Assembly: GCA_003290465.1 (NCBI GenBank)
Contig: CP030759.1
Location: forward strand, 1,988,572-2,052,571
DNA: 64,000 nt
Source: Candidatus Sumerlaea chitinivorans
GTDB lineage: Bacteria; Sumerlaeota; Sumerlaeia; Sumerlaeales; Sumerlaeaceae
Direction: 5' to 3'
The position numbers and the translations under genes were made by a program. Shown here one piece after another: positions 41,882 to 51,479 of the stretch. Under the pieces are notes generated by a model that made no database searches, had not been told where the DNA came from, and saw only the letters and a program-made list of their open reading frames with translations. Within the stretch, counting starts at the first letter, position 1; each line of letters begins with the position of its first letter.

Positions 41882-42853
41882 CTATATGTTGGGTCCCGGA
41901 CGATTGCGTGGTCTTTTTATGAAAATTTCAGGTTTTTCGGCGTACCATTTTTTCATGGCTTCAATGGGTGTGACATGGCCCAGGGCTTTCTGGGGGATGT
42001 GGTGATTGTACAGCCAGACGTAGCGTTGAATCGTCGCCTCCAACGCTTCGCGGCTGTCGAAGCGGTGGGTGGCGAGTACCTCGCTGATGCGCCCGTTGAA
42101 ACGTTCGACCATGCCGTTTGTCTGCGGATGGCGAGGCTTGGTCAGCCGGTGCTCGATCTCCAGCGCCTGGCACAGTTCATCGAAGGCATGCGCTCCTGTA
42201 GGGGTGCGCTCTCCCCGGGTAATGAAGCGGTCGGTGAACTCCTTGCCGTTGTCGGTGAGGATCGTATGCACCCGAAAGGGGGCGGCCTCGAGGAGCGCGT
42301 GCAGAAAGCGTCGGGCGTTGGCGGCCGTCTTCTCCGGGTAGATGGCCACGAACACCCAGCGCGTCGCCCGGTCGATGGCCACGAAGAGGTAGCGGCGTTT
42401 GTCCTCGTCGGGCATCTGCGGCAGGTACTTCACGTCCAGATGCACGAACCCCGGCTCATAGGACTTGAAGGGTTTGTGCCCAGGCTTTTCCGCTTTGGGC
42501 TGCAGGGCCTTGAGCGAACCGACGCCGTGGCGGCGCAGGCAGCGATCCAGGCCAGATCGAGAGACGTTCGGCGTGATGAATTCGCGCACCACCGCCAGCA
42601 GATCGTCCAAGGGCAGCATCAAGGTCTTGCGCAGCTCCACCACGACCGCCTCCTGAAACGGGGTCAGGTTCGTCTGCAGGCGATGCGCCGTGTGCGGACG
42701 ATCTTCGACGTCGGTGCGTTTCTTCCAACGCCGAATGGTGTCTTCCGACACCCCCAGTTCCCGGGCAAGGCGGCGCACCGGCAGGTTCGAGCTTTGGATG
42801 TAGCGCCGGGTCGCAGGGGTCGTGGTGGCGTTCTTGTGCAGTCGGACCATCAT
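41882..42853 (-). CDS. IS481-family DDE transposase
   Basis: LHKNATTTP, HTH, HLDVK, TDNGKEF, PQTNGMVERFNG. Confidence 0.95.
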   Translation of the reverse strand: MMVRLHKNATTTPATRRYIQSSNLPVRRLARELGVSEDTIRRWKKRTDVEDRPHTAHRLQTNLTPFQEAVVVELRKTLMLPLDDLLAVVREFITPNVSRSGLDRCLRRHGVGSLKALQPKAEKPGHKPFKSYEPGFVHLDVKYLPQMPDEDKRRYLFVAIDRATRWVFVAIYPEKTAANARRFLHALLEAAPFRVHTILTDNGKEFTDRFITRGERTPTGAHAFDELCQALEIEHRLTKPRHPQTNGMVERFNGRISEVLATHRFDSREALEATIQRYVWLYNHHIPQKALGHVTPIEAMKKWYAEKPEIFIKRPRNRPGPNI

Positions 42854-42954
42854 GACTGTTGCCTCCGTAGCTCCTCGATCAGCTCACGCATCGTCTCGCG
42901 ACCTATGAATAATGCACGACGTCGCGGATCAGTGCAATCGTCCCGGACCTGACA
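41887..42954 (-). mobile_element. IS481-family insertion sequence nested in the ISL3 element
   Basis: TGT...ACA ends; 21-bp IRs with 3 mismatches (TGTTGGGTCCCGGACGATTGC vs TGTCAGGTCCGGGACGATTGC); 6-bp duplication CCTATA at 41881-41886 and 42955-42960. Confidence 0.93.
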
Positions 42955-42967
42955 CCTATACAACACC

Positions 42968-44257
42968 ATGACCGAACTTCCCGACAACATCCTTCACCTG
43001 CCGCAATACCAAGTACTGGGCTGCAAATCAACCGACGACGAAATGCACTTCCAGGTGGACGTGCCCGATCCCATCGCCTGCGAGGAATGCGGCGTGCAGG
43101 GTGAGTTCGTACGGTTCGGCAAGCGTGACGTTCCCTATCGTGATCTGCCCATCCACGGCAAGCGGGTCACTCTCTGGGTGGTCCGCCGCCGATACACCTG
43201 CCGGGCCTGCAAGACAACATTCAGGCCCCAGCTACCGGAGATGGTGGACGGATTCCGTATGACACTGCGGCTGCATGAGTACGTGGAGAAGGAATCCTTC
43301 AACCACCCCTACACCTTTGTGGCGGCACAGACCGGCCTGGACGAGAAGACGGTGCGCGACATCTTCAACGCCCGCGCCGAGTTCCTGGGGCGCTGGCACC
43401 GCTTCGAGACGCCCCGCATCCTGGGCATTGACGAGCTATACCTGAACAAGCGCTACCGCTGCATTCTGACCAACATTGAGGAGCGAACCCTGCTCGACCT
43501 GCTGGCCACCCGCCGCCAGGACGTGGTGACCAACTACCTGATGAAGCTGAAAGACCGGCAGAAGGTCGAGATCGTCAGCATGGACATGTGGAACCCCTAC
43601 CGGGCAGCGGTCAAGGCTGTGCTGCCCCAGGCCCGTATCGTGGTCGATAAGTTCCATGTGGTGCGCATGGCCAACGATGCCCTAGAGAGAGTGCGCAAGG
43701 GCCTCAGAAAGGAGCTGAAACCGTCCCAGAGCCGGACTCTCAAGGGAGACCGGAAAATCCTGCTGAAACGCGCTCACGAAGTCTCAGACCGGGAGCGCCT
43801 CATCATGGAGACCTGGACAGGCGCGTTCCCGCAACTGCTGGCCGCCTACGAGCACAAGGAGCGCTTCTACGGCATCTGGGACGCCACCACACGGCTCCAG
43901 GCAGAAGCCGCCCTGGACGAGTGGATAGCCACCATCCCGAAGGGCCAAAAGGAAGTCTGGAGCGATCTGGTCAGGGCAGTGGGAAACTGGCGCGAAGAGA
44001 CCATGACCTACTTCGAGACGGACATGCCCGTCACCAACGCTTACACGGAGTCCATCAACCGACTGGCCAAGGACAAGAACCGTGAAGGGCGCGGTTACTC
44101 CTTCGAGGTGATGCGGGCACGAATGCTCTACACCACGAAGCACAAGAAGAAGGCACCGACTGCGAAGGTCTCTCCTTTCTACAAGAAAACCATCGGTTAC
44201 GGACTGCCGGACTTCGCAGAGGAACTCAACTACGGAGTCGATCTATCAACCATCTGA
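42968..44257 (+). CDS. tnpA: ISL3-family transposase
   Basis: CEEC/CRAC zinc finger, LGIDE, SMDMW, DKFHV, TNAYTESIN. Confidence 0.96.
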   Translation: MTELPDNILHLPQYQVLGCKSTDDEMHFQVDVPDPIACEECGVQGEFVRFGKRDVPYRDLPIHGKRVTLWVVRRRYTCRACKTTFRPQLPEMVDGFRMTLRLHEYVEKESFNHPYTFVAAQTGLDEKTVRDIFNARAEFLGRWHRFETPRILGIDELYLNKRYRCILTNIEERTLLDLLATRRQDVVTNYLMKLKDRQKVEIVSMDMWNPYRAAVKAVLPQARIVVDKFHVVRMANDALERVRKGLRKELKPSQSRTLKGDRKILLKRAHEVSDRERLIMETWTGAFPQLLAAYEHKERFYGIWDATTRLQAEAALDEWIATIPKGQKEVWSDLVRAVGNWREETMTYFETDMPVTNAYTESINRLAKDKNREGRGYSFEVMRARMLYTTKHKKKAPTAKVSPFYKKTIGYGLPDFAEELNYGVDLSTI

Positions 44258-45055
44258 GGGTGGTATCAGATTGATGGGGTGAAGGTGCCCCATCAACCAT
44301 TAAATCCGTATACCCCTATTTCGTTGTTCAGCGTCGTGGTGCCCGTAAGCCCGCACGGGGCAGAAACCGTTGAGATGAGGCACGGGTGGGATCTGATTGT
44401 CACGGGAGTGCAGTACGGGTCTGAAGTACGGGTTGGAGGACAATGGTACCCGATCGAACCGGGCAAAACTCTTTGCGTGCCTCGTCAAACTCCACACGCA
44501 TTTCGCCATCCTGCTGGATTGAGGGGGCATTTTTACGTGGCGTCACGGCCCGCCGGCCTCGAGCTGTACTTAGAGAAGATTGGGAAGAAGGAAATCGCCA
44601 CGGACGTCTTGAAAGTAATGCAAGATCCAGAACTGCGGGAAGCGGGTGGCCCCGTTGAAAACTTGAACGCCGAAACCACCGCCGAAGAGCGAAAAGAATC
44701 CGAATAACGCCCACTCCATACGGCCTCCTCTGCGGGGGGTGAAACGGACATCTCTTAGGCGAGGGCCGCCAACGTAAAAAAAGGGCAAACACAGGAGGGA
44801 CTACCCACGCTTTCGGATTCCTGAGAATTGGATTTTGTTCTGAGCCTTTCTTACGTTTCCACAAGCCAAAACACGCAGGCAGTCTGTTGGCGCGTTTTGG
44901 AGTTCGGTTTGCGCTAATCCTCTTCTGGCACAACCAGCATTCGATACGATTGCAAGGTTCTCAAACATGCCTGCGTACGCGTTCTTAGGCACATCGCCAC
45001 TCCCCAAAAAGCAGGCTCAGTTGGGGGTGACCTGTATCCCCGCGAGTGAGCTTGG

Positions 45056-46159
45056 TTACTCCTTCCACGGATTTGGCACATGGCAGCGGCGTCCTGTGCG
45101 GGCGATATAATCCTGATGATAATCCTCAGCCGGATAGAAGGTTTTCGCGGGTTCAACTTTCGTCACGATTCGCCGCCCTTTGTATTTGGGCGACTGCTGA
45201 AGCTCAGCGATGAAACGTTCGGCTTCGGCACGCTGCTCATCGTCCACCACCCAAATCCCCGCTCGATATTGATCGCCGATGTCCGGCCCTTGGCCACCCT
45301 CTTGGGTTGGATCGTGCATTTTGAAAAATGCTTCGAGCAGCTGGCGGAAACTAATGCGCTTGGGATCGTATACCACTTTGACCGTTTCAGCGTGGCCGGT
45401 TAGCCCAGTGCACACCTGCTCGTAGGTGGGGTTGGGCACGTGCCCCTGCATGTAACCGCTTTGGGCATCCAGAACGCCGGGGCCTTGCTGGAAGTAGTGT
45501 TCAATCCCCCAGAAACATCCGCCTGCAAAATAGGCAACTTTGGTGGCAACTGGCTGGCTTTCGGGTGGCAGAGCTTGCCCTTCGGGGATGAACTTGAGTG
45601 CGGCTGAGTTCAGGCAGTGGCGTTCGCCTGTTGGGGGCGGGCCGTCATCAAAAACATGGCCAAGGTGCGCGCCACAGCGGGTACACACAATTTCAGTTCG
45701 TACCATGCCGTAGGAATTGTCGGGCCGACGTGTCACATGGTCCGGATCGAACTCGCGCCAGAAGCTTGGCCAACCAGTCCCGGAATGAAACTTGTGTTCG
45801 CTGGAGAACAATGGTAGGCCACAAACGACGCACGCGTAGATACCACTCTCTTTGTGGTCCGTGAAGCGACCGCAGAAGGGGGGTTCTGTTCCAGCACGTT
45901 GCGTCACGCGATACGCTTCGGGGTCTAATTTCGCAGCGAGGCGCTCCACCTCGGCGCGCTCAAGCGGAGTGATGTCGTAACCGGACTTCGAGTAACGGAT
46001 TTTCGACACAGTGGTTTCCTCCTTCGAAGAGGGGCTCGTCAGCCCAGTGCCTTTGGCCAGAGCGTATTGCGCAAGGAACAGCACAAGAGCAACCCAACAG
46101 GCTTGGCACAGCTTGCCTACTACGCCCCGTCGCAGAATTCGTGAGCTCGAGTGCAGCAT
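45056..46159 (-). CDS. msrAB: Bifunctional methionine sulfoxide reductase (MsrB-MsrA fusion)
   Basis: MsrB motifs GTGWPSF, HLGHVF, RHCLNS; MsrA motifs GGCFWG, GHAE, AEDYHQDY; alternative GTG start at 46009. Confidence 0.95.
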   Translation of the reverse strand: MLHSSSRILRRGVVGKLCQACWVALVLFLAQYALAKGTGLTSPSSKEETTVSKIRYSKSGYDITPLERAEVERLAAKLDPEAYRVTQRAGTEPPFCGRFTDHKESGIYACVVCGLPLFSSEHKFHSGTGWPSFWREFDPDHVTRRPDNSYGMVRTEIVCTRCGAHLGHVFDDGPPPTGERHCLNSAALKFIPEGQALPPESQPVATKVAYFAGGCFWGIEHYFQQGPGVLDAQSGYMQGHVPNPTYEQVCTGLTGHAETVKVVYDPKRISFRQLLEAFFKMHDPTQEGGQGPDIGDQYRAGIWVVDDEQRAEAERFIAELQQSPKYKGRRIVTKVEPAKTFYPAEDYHQDYIARTGRRCHVPNPWKE

Positions 46160-46406
46160 TCAAACGGATGATACAGGACGGATTTGGTTCTATGCAATAG
46201 CGCATCGGGGAGAGTATGCTGCAATGGATTCCCGCAAGAGATGCGTGCACGTCTTAGGAGAGTGGAAATAACCGTGACGTGAGTTTAGTGGGGCAATAGC
46301 TTCACGGCACCCAGCTAAACGGTCTCACAGGGGGCCACCGACAGCAACAACTCAGTCTGCCCGATCCCTCGTTCGCTCATGAAGGGGCGGCGACGGCTCC
46401 TTTAGG

Positions 46407-47861
46407 CTACGGAAGCATGGTCTCGCCCATCAGCCAGCGATCCACGCCTTTGGCGGCTTGTCTCCCCTCGCTGATGGCCCAAACAACCAACGATTGTCCA
46501 CGGCGCATGTCACCGGCCGAGAAAACACCCTCGATGTTCGTCATGTAATTGGCATCCGTCGCAACGTTGCCCCGCGCATCGAGGTTGCAGCCCAACTGAC
46601 TGATCGGACCATTTGTTTCCGGACCAAGGAAGCCCATTGCCAGCAGCACAAGGTCCACGTCGAGCGTGAATTCACTGCCTGGAATTTCCTTCATCACAGG
46701 TCGGCCGCTAATTGGGTCCTTTGTCCATTCCAGCCGCACTGCGTGGAGCTTCTGGACCTTTCCGTTTTCGCCGGAGAACGCTTTTGTGGAAATGCTCCAC
46801 TCGCGGGTAAGCTTGCCCACCGCTTCCCCTTCCTCATGGGAAGTCGAAGTGCGCAGGATCATGGGGTAAGTCGGCCACGGCATGTCCGGCGTGCGTGTTT
46901 CAGGCGGACGAGGAAGTAGCTCAAACTGATGTACAGACACCGCACCTTGGCGCAGCGCGGTCCCCACGCAGTCACTCCCAGTGTCGCCACCGCCGATCAC
47001 CACCACGCGCTTATCTTTAGCTGTAATATCGCGAAGGCCCGCCAAGGAATCCCCTGCGACGCGCTTATTCTGCAATGGCAGATACTCCATTGCAAAGTGG
47101 ATCCCGTCGAGCTCGCGCCCCGGTACCGGTAGATCGCGCGGCTTCGTTGCCCCGCCACAAAGCACGATTGCATCAAAATTTCGTCGCAGTTCGTCCACAG
47201 GAACATCGAACCCAACGTTGGCATTTGTGACGAACGTGATCCCTTCCTCAGCAAGGAGGTTGAGCCGACGCTCGACAATCCATTTCTCTAACTTGAAGTC
47301 GGGGATACCGTAAGTGAGCAAGCCGCCAACGCGATCGGCGCGTTCAAAGACTGTAACGAAATGCCCCGCACGGTTGAGCTGCTGCGCGCATGCGAGGCCG
47401 GCGGGCCCACTCCCCACGATCGCAACTCGTTTGCCTGTGCGGGACTTTGGCGGCATAGGCCGCACCCACCCTTCGCGAAAGGCGTGATCAATGACGGCAA
47501 GCTCGATCTGTTTGATGGTCACTGGATCGTCGTTGATGCCAAGGACGCACGCCGCTTCGCAGGGGGCGGGACATACCCAGCCGGTAAACTCTGGGAAGTT
47601 ATTCGTGGCATGGAGGATATCAATGGCCTCACGCCAGCGGTTGCGATAGGCAAGGTCATTCCAGTCCGGAATGATGTTTCCAAGCGGGCACCCTTTGTGG
47701 CAGAAGGGGATGCCACAATCCATACACCGAGCCCCTTGCTGCTGGACAAGGTCCTCGGGCGCATCCAAATACACCTGCTTGTAATCTTTGAGCCGTTCGA
47801 CGGGGTCGCGCCGCTCGGTCATTTTGCGGCGAATCTCAAGAAATCCAGTGACCTTACCCAT
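46407..47861 (-). CDS. gltD: Glutamate synthase small subunit
   Basis: [55 protein letters not shown]. Confidence 0.96.
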   Translation of the reverse strand: MGKVTGFLEIRRKMTERRDPVERLKDYKQVYLDAPEDLVQQQGARCMDCGIPFCHKGCPLGNIIPDWNDLAYRNRWREAIDILHATNNFPEFTGWVCPAPCEAACVLGINDDPVTIKQIELAVIDHAFREGWVRPMPPKSRTGKRVAIVGSGPAGLACAQQLNRAGHFVTVFERADRVGGLLTYGIPDFKLEKWIVERRLNLLAEEGITFVTNANVGFDVPVDELRRNFDAIVLCGGATKPRDLPVPGRELDGIHFAMEYLPLQNKRVAGDSLAGLRDITAKDKRVVVIGGGDTGSDCVGTALRQGAVSVHQFELLPRPPETRTPDMPWPTYPMILRTSTSHEEGEAVGKLTREWSISTKAFSGENGKVQKLHAVRLEWTKDPISGRPVMKEIPGSEFTLDVDLVLLAMGFLGPETNGPISQLGCNLDARGNVATDANYMTNIEGVFSAGDMRRGQSLVVWAISEGRQAAKGVDRWLMGETMLP

Positions 47862-48035
47862 CTTGTCGTGTTGCTCCTCGACGAATGGTGTTATCGTTCG
47901 TTACATGACAGAAATTCTGAAATTCTGGAATGGCCGAAACGAATGGAGTCGCTACGGGCAGAAAAATAAAGATCTTACGGGGGCTCTGCGCGCAAAGATC
48001 AGGTCCGAACGGAGACCGGCGGGCTTGCCCACGCC

Positions 48036-48959
48036 TTAGCCGTGGAGCTGACGCAGATTTGCCAAGTGCCTCTTTGCTCGATCCACGTGCTTCTGATCGC
48101 CCCGCTGCTGCGCCACCCGAAGCACAATTTCCCACTGCTCAATTGCTTTGGGAATCCACGATGGTTGCTTCTCGTACACGATGGCGAGGTTGTTGAGCGC
48201 AGGCAAGTACTCGGGATCAATGCGCAACGCTTTCTCGTACTCGAGCACTGCCATGTCGTAATTGCCCACTCGCATGTACTCGACCGCCTTTCGGCAATGC
48301 TCCTCAATCATCTCTTTATTGGAGCGGACTGCGGAGTCTAAGGACGCAAAAGCATCCGCGGCACCGCCGACGCCTTCCCCGACGGGCGGTCGGACCGACG
48401 CGGCGAAGGGGCGCGGCGCATGGGGAGGAGGCGGAGGAGGCACCTCTGGTTGCAGCGGGGGCCGGGATTCCACAGATGGAGCAGGTCGTGCCGGGGAACT
48501 GGCGCCAACTGCAGGGGGTGCTTGGGCCGGTGTGATCTCACTGATAAGTCCAGAATCGAAGGCTTTCACGCGTTCGGCAGCTCCGGCTCCAACGCGGTTC
48601 TGAGGTTGGACCATCTGCGCTTTCAGCAAATCCGCCTCTGCGCCGGTGAGGATATCAAAGATTCCATCGAGTTTGGAGATGTAAAGGATGTCGGCGACCG
48701 CACGCGAGGGTTGGAGGAGAATGATACGAGCTTTGTTCTTGCTGGCGGTCATCTTGAAACCCACCAACACCCCAAGCCCAGCACTATCGATATACTCCAC
48801 CTTCGATAAGTCGAGGATAAGTTGTTCGATGCCTTTCCGAATATAGGGCAGACATAGGGATTTCAGCCGGTCACATTCTTCGAGCACAATGCGACCGCGC
48901 AAAAGGATATAGACATCTGCGCGTTGCTGGTAGATTTCAATTTCGAGGTTCTCTGGCAA
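48036..48959 (-). CDS. STAS (anti-anti-sigma) domain + Pro-rich linker + TPR protein
   Basis: LDLSKVEYIDSAGLG STAS motif; C-terminal TPR (YEKALRIDPEYLPALNNLA). Confidence 0.85.
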   Translation of the reverse strand: MPENLEIEIYQQRADVYILLRGRIVLEECDRLKSLCLPYIRKGIEQLILDLSKVEYIDSAGLGVLVGFKMTASKNKARIILLQPSRAVADILYISKLDGIFDILTGAEADLLKAQMVQPQNRVGAGAAERVKAFDSGLISEITPAQAPPAVGASSPARPAPSVESRPPLQPEVPPPPPPHAPRPFAASVRPPVGEGVGGAADAFASLDSAVRSNKEMIEEHCRKAVEYMRVGNYDMAVLEYEKALRIDPEYLPALNNLAIVYEKQPSWIPKAIEQWEIVLRVAQQRGDQKHVDRAKRHLANLRQLHG

Positions 48960-48962
48960 AGG

Positions 48963-49151
48963 TCATTCACCTTCCTGCAATGGTTTCGCTTCCTCAATCA
49001 GAAGGTTGGGGATGTCATCCACGATCTCATAGCGCAACTTACAAGCGCGGCAAATGAGGGCGTCCCCTTTACCATCGGCTGTTTGGCGATACTCCAATTC
49101 GCCCTTGCATTTGGGGCAAGCTAAGATATCCAGAAAATCTTTCGACAGCAT
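48963..49151 (-). CDS. Trm112/YcaR-family protein
   Basis: LDILACPKCKGEL...LICRAC...YEIVDDIPNLL. Confidence 0.9.
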   Translation of the reverse strand: MLSKDFLDILACPKCKGELEYRQTADGKGDALICRACKLRYEIVDDIPNLLIEEAKPLQEGE

Positions 49152-49163
49152 GGTCTCCGCCTA

Positions 49164-50537
49164 CTATTTCAATGCGTTCAAGTCCGTAATCAACTCGACG
49201 GTCATCGAGGTATTCAACTCACCCTTCTCGTCGGCGTAAATATATAGATCGTCTATTGCGTACGTCCGGGGGCTATGCGTCAAGTCGAATAGGAACTTCA
49301 CAAGATTCACATTGCTGGAACGCAGATAGATTTCAAGGCCCCCAGCATTCCCAATCTGCTTCGAGGGATCAGGTGTGGCAACGGCTTGACGCGCCATCAT
49401 GGCGCCAGCCGGACCCATGCCGGGCCCCATCCCCGGTTCCAGCGCCACGTCGAACCCCAGCACCCCCTGGCGCGGCATGCCTGCCGGAGGCCCCTGAGGC
49501 GTCGCTTCGGGGGTGGGGGTGGCTCCGGGCACGCGGCGCACGGCTTTCTCGATTAGGGACGGCTTGAGCATCACCACTCGGTAAATTTCAAGAATCCCGT
49601 GCTTTTCCGCTAATTTGACAATGTCAACCAAGGCTGCGAGTTCCTTGTTGGTCACCACAATGCCGTGGTCCGTGGGATAGAACTTCGGGTAAATCTCAAG
49701 AATCTCACGCAACTCTTCTTTGGTGATCTCGGTCGCAGGATCACGTTTTTCCCAAATAAGTTCGGAAACCCACAATCGTTTGAAGACCGGCAGTAGCACC
49801 CCAAAACGATTCAAACTATAGGGATTGGGCAACACCTGAATGTTATATTGCCGAAGAGTTGCGTCCAGGTATTCTTTGAACTTAGGATCATTGAAAAAGA
49901 TGTATCCGAGGCCGGAATAGGGAACCACCCAATCACTGACTTCGTCTGGAGGCAAACCCAACTCACTCAGCAAACGATTATATTCCGCGCGCACTCGCAG
50001 CTTCTCATCTGGTTTTGCCAAACGCTCAACGAATTTGAAGCGCTCGCGCAGCTTCGTGACATTGTCCCAGATCGCCCCAGTTCCACCCCGTTGCGCCTGC
50101 GGCAACTGTGCTGGCAGATTCCAAGCTTCCTGAATGCCTCGGGGCTTACGGTTGTCGAGGAAGGTCAGTTGTGGAGTCTTCACTCGCGCGCGCATTTCCA
50201 CGAGTTCACGCAGGTACCCCAGCGTATCCTGCATTCGCTTCTCGACCGCCTCAGGCTTCAAGCTTCCATAGTGTTTGGGAATGTCGAGTTGGAGCTCGGC
50301 CACCAAACTTGTGATTTCGGCGTCGTAGGCGAGTGTCTTGGCTTTGAAGTCCTCCAATTGTTTCGGAGATTGGAGCACTTCCGTGTCGCGCAACTGCGCT
50401 ACTCCCTGCTCGTACTCGTTTTTCACACGCGCAAATTCTGTCGAGCGTGGATTGAAGATCAGGACGTGCACCAAAAAGATGGCGAGCGCAGTGCCGACGA
50501 ACAGCACCACCATCTGTTCGCGTTTGCCAAAAGTCAT
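49164..50537 (-). CDS. Hypothetical membrane-anchored protein, distantly PilO/GspM-like
   Basis: KREQ followed by one TM segment, coiled coil, and C-terminal FLFDLTHSPRTYAIDDL resembling the PilO fold; large insertion. Confidence 0.6.
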   Translation of the reverse strand: MTFGKREQMVVLFVGTALAIFLVHVLIFNPRSTEFARVKNEYEQGVAQLRDTEVLQSPKQLEDFKAKTLAYDAEITSLVAELQLDIPKHYGSLKPEAVEKRMQDTLGYLRELVEMRARVKTPQLTFLDNRKPRGIQEAWNLPAQLPQAQRGGTGAIWDNVTKLRERFKFVERLAKPDEKLRVRAEYNRLLSELGLPPDEVSDWVVPYSGLGYIFFNDPKFKEYLDATLRQYNIQVLPNPYSLNRFGVLLPVFKRLWVSELIWEKRDPATEITKEELREILEIYPKFYPTDHGIVVTNKELAALVDIVKLAEKHGILEIYRVVMLKPSLIEKAVRRVPGATPTPEATPQGPPAGMPRQGVLGFDVALEPGMGPGMGPAGAMMARQAVATPDPSKQIGNAGGLEIYLRSSNVNLVKFLFDLTHSPRTYAIDDLYIYADEKGELNTSMTVELITDLNALK

Positions 50538-50805
50538 GAGAGCTTGGCTTCCCTACGTTTTTTTAAGAATTTCGAAACTCTATCGAGACACGGCCGATGG
50601 GCAAGCGGCAAGAAAATTCGCAGAGGCGTCGGAGCGCTGTCCGGTACCTCGGGCTTACTAACCGCAAATGCCCTAACACTCGTGCTTGCTGAAGACGCAC
50701 CTCACGCATGTTTCTGCCCGATAAGCACGTCAAGCTTTGACAATCTGTAAACGCTTTCCTTAAACAATATCCTCAGCGCATCGTAGATAAGGAACCTTTG
50801 CCGAA

Positions 50806-51465
50806 ATGGGAAAACGTCGCACACGCTGGTCTGTTCAGGCAGTATTCTTTGCCGCTTTGTTGCTGGTAAAGGTCGGTGCATTTGCGCAGTTTGAAGGTTG
50901 GCACCGCGATCTGGGCTCTGCCCGTGCCGAGGCAAAACAGCGCCAAGTGCCATTATTGATTGTGTTTGTTCACGAAGGGTGCCCTGTCTGCACGGAACTC
51001 GAATCCCACTTGGCGAAGAGTCGCGCCCGACAGGCCCTTGCGCCCCTCGCAAAAGTGGTGCTCGAGTTTATGGAAAACCGTGGTCTTGCTGCCCGCTATG
51101 GGGTGGACGCAACCCCAACTATTCTCGTCTACTGCCCATCTGGGGAGTGCATCTATCGCTACGAAGGATCTCTTTCGTCGGCAGGATTGGCTGCGCTTGC
51201 TCGTAGGGCTTTAGCATCCTGCTCCCGAACAGAGGCAGGTGAAGCTGATCGCACGAAATCGAATCCAGCATCCCCCACGCAAGCGCTGGGTGCCGCCAAG
51301 AGTGGCACTAGGTCAACTGTCTCCGAGACTCTCCGCGAGTTGCGAGCCCGTCTCTCCCGCGCGCCGCGCCACCGGATTGAGCAAAAAGACCCTTCAAGCG
51401 CTACTCTGCGGTACGTTCATTATAAAACCCACGGCATTCAACTTACCCTGAAACGGACAAGATGA
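50806..51465 (+). CDS. Exported thioredoxin-family protein
   Basis: Signal peptide, CPVC motif, YGVDATPT cis-Pro loop. Confidence 0.82.
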   Translation: MGKRRTRWSVQAVFFAALLLVKVGAFAQFEGWHRDLGSARAEAKQRQVPLLIVFVHEGCPVCTELESHLAKSRARQALAPLAKVVLEFMENRGLAARYGVDATPTILVYCPSGECIYRYEGSLSSAGLAALARRALASCSRTEAGEADRTKSNPASPTQALGAAKSGTRSTVSETLRELRARLSRAPRHRIEQKDPSSATLRYVHYKTHGIQLTLKRTR

Positions 51466-51479
51466 ATAAGGTCCGAGGC

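Larger units (their letters stand above)
39870..44315 (+). mobile_element. ISPpu12-like ISL3-family element with merR/metal transporter/lspA cargo
   Basis: 24-bp imperfect IRs GGGTAAGCGGATTAAATGGTTGAT (39870) and ATCAACCATTAAATCCGTATACCC (44292-44315); 8-bp duplication CTATTTCG at 39862-39869 and 44316-44323; 3372 bp after removing the nested IS. Confidence 0.95.
39792..44707 (+). pseudogene. Cupin-like gene interrupted by the ISL3 element (parts 39792-39869 and 44324-44707)
   Basis: Removing the IS and one copy of the duplication restores a continuous 153-aa frame MRGGPP...DPSIS|LFSVV...PGKTLCVPRQTPHAF (cupin motif 2). Confidence 0.8.

Noticed and set aside
41975..42952. 325-aa plus-strand ORF in IS481
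   Set aside because: Antisense shadow of the transposase.
44279..44707. 142-aa ORF as an independent gene
   Set aside because: Its first codons come from the IS end; it is the 3' part of the interrupted cupin gene.
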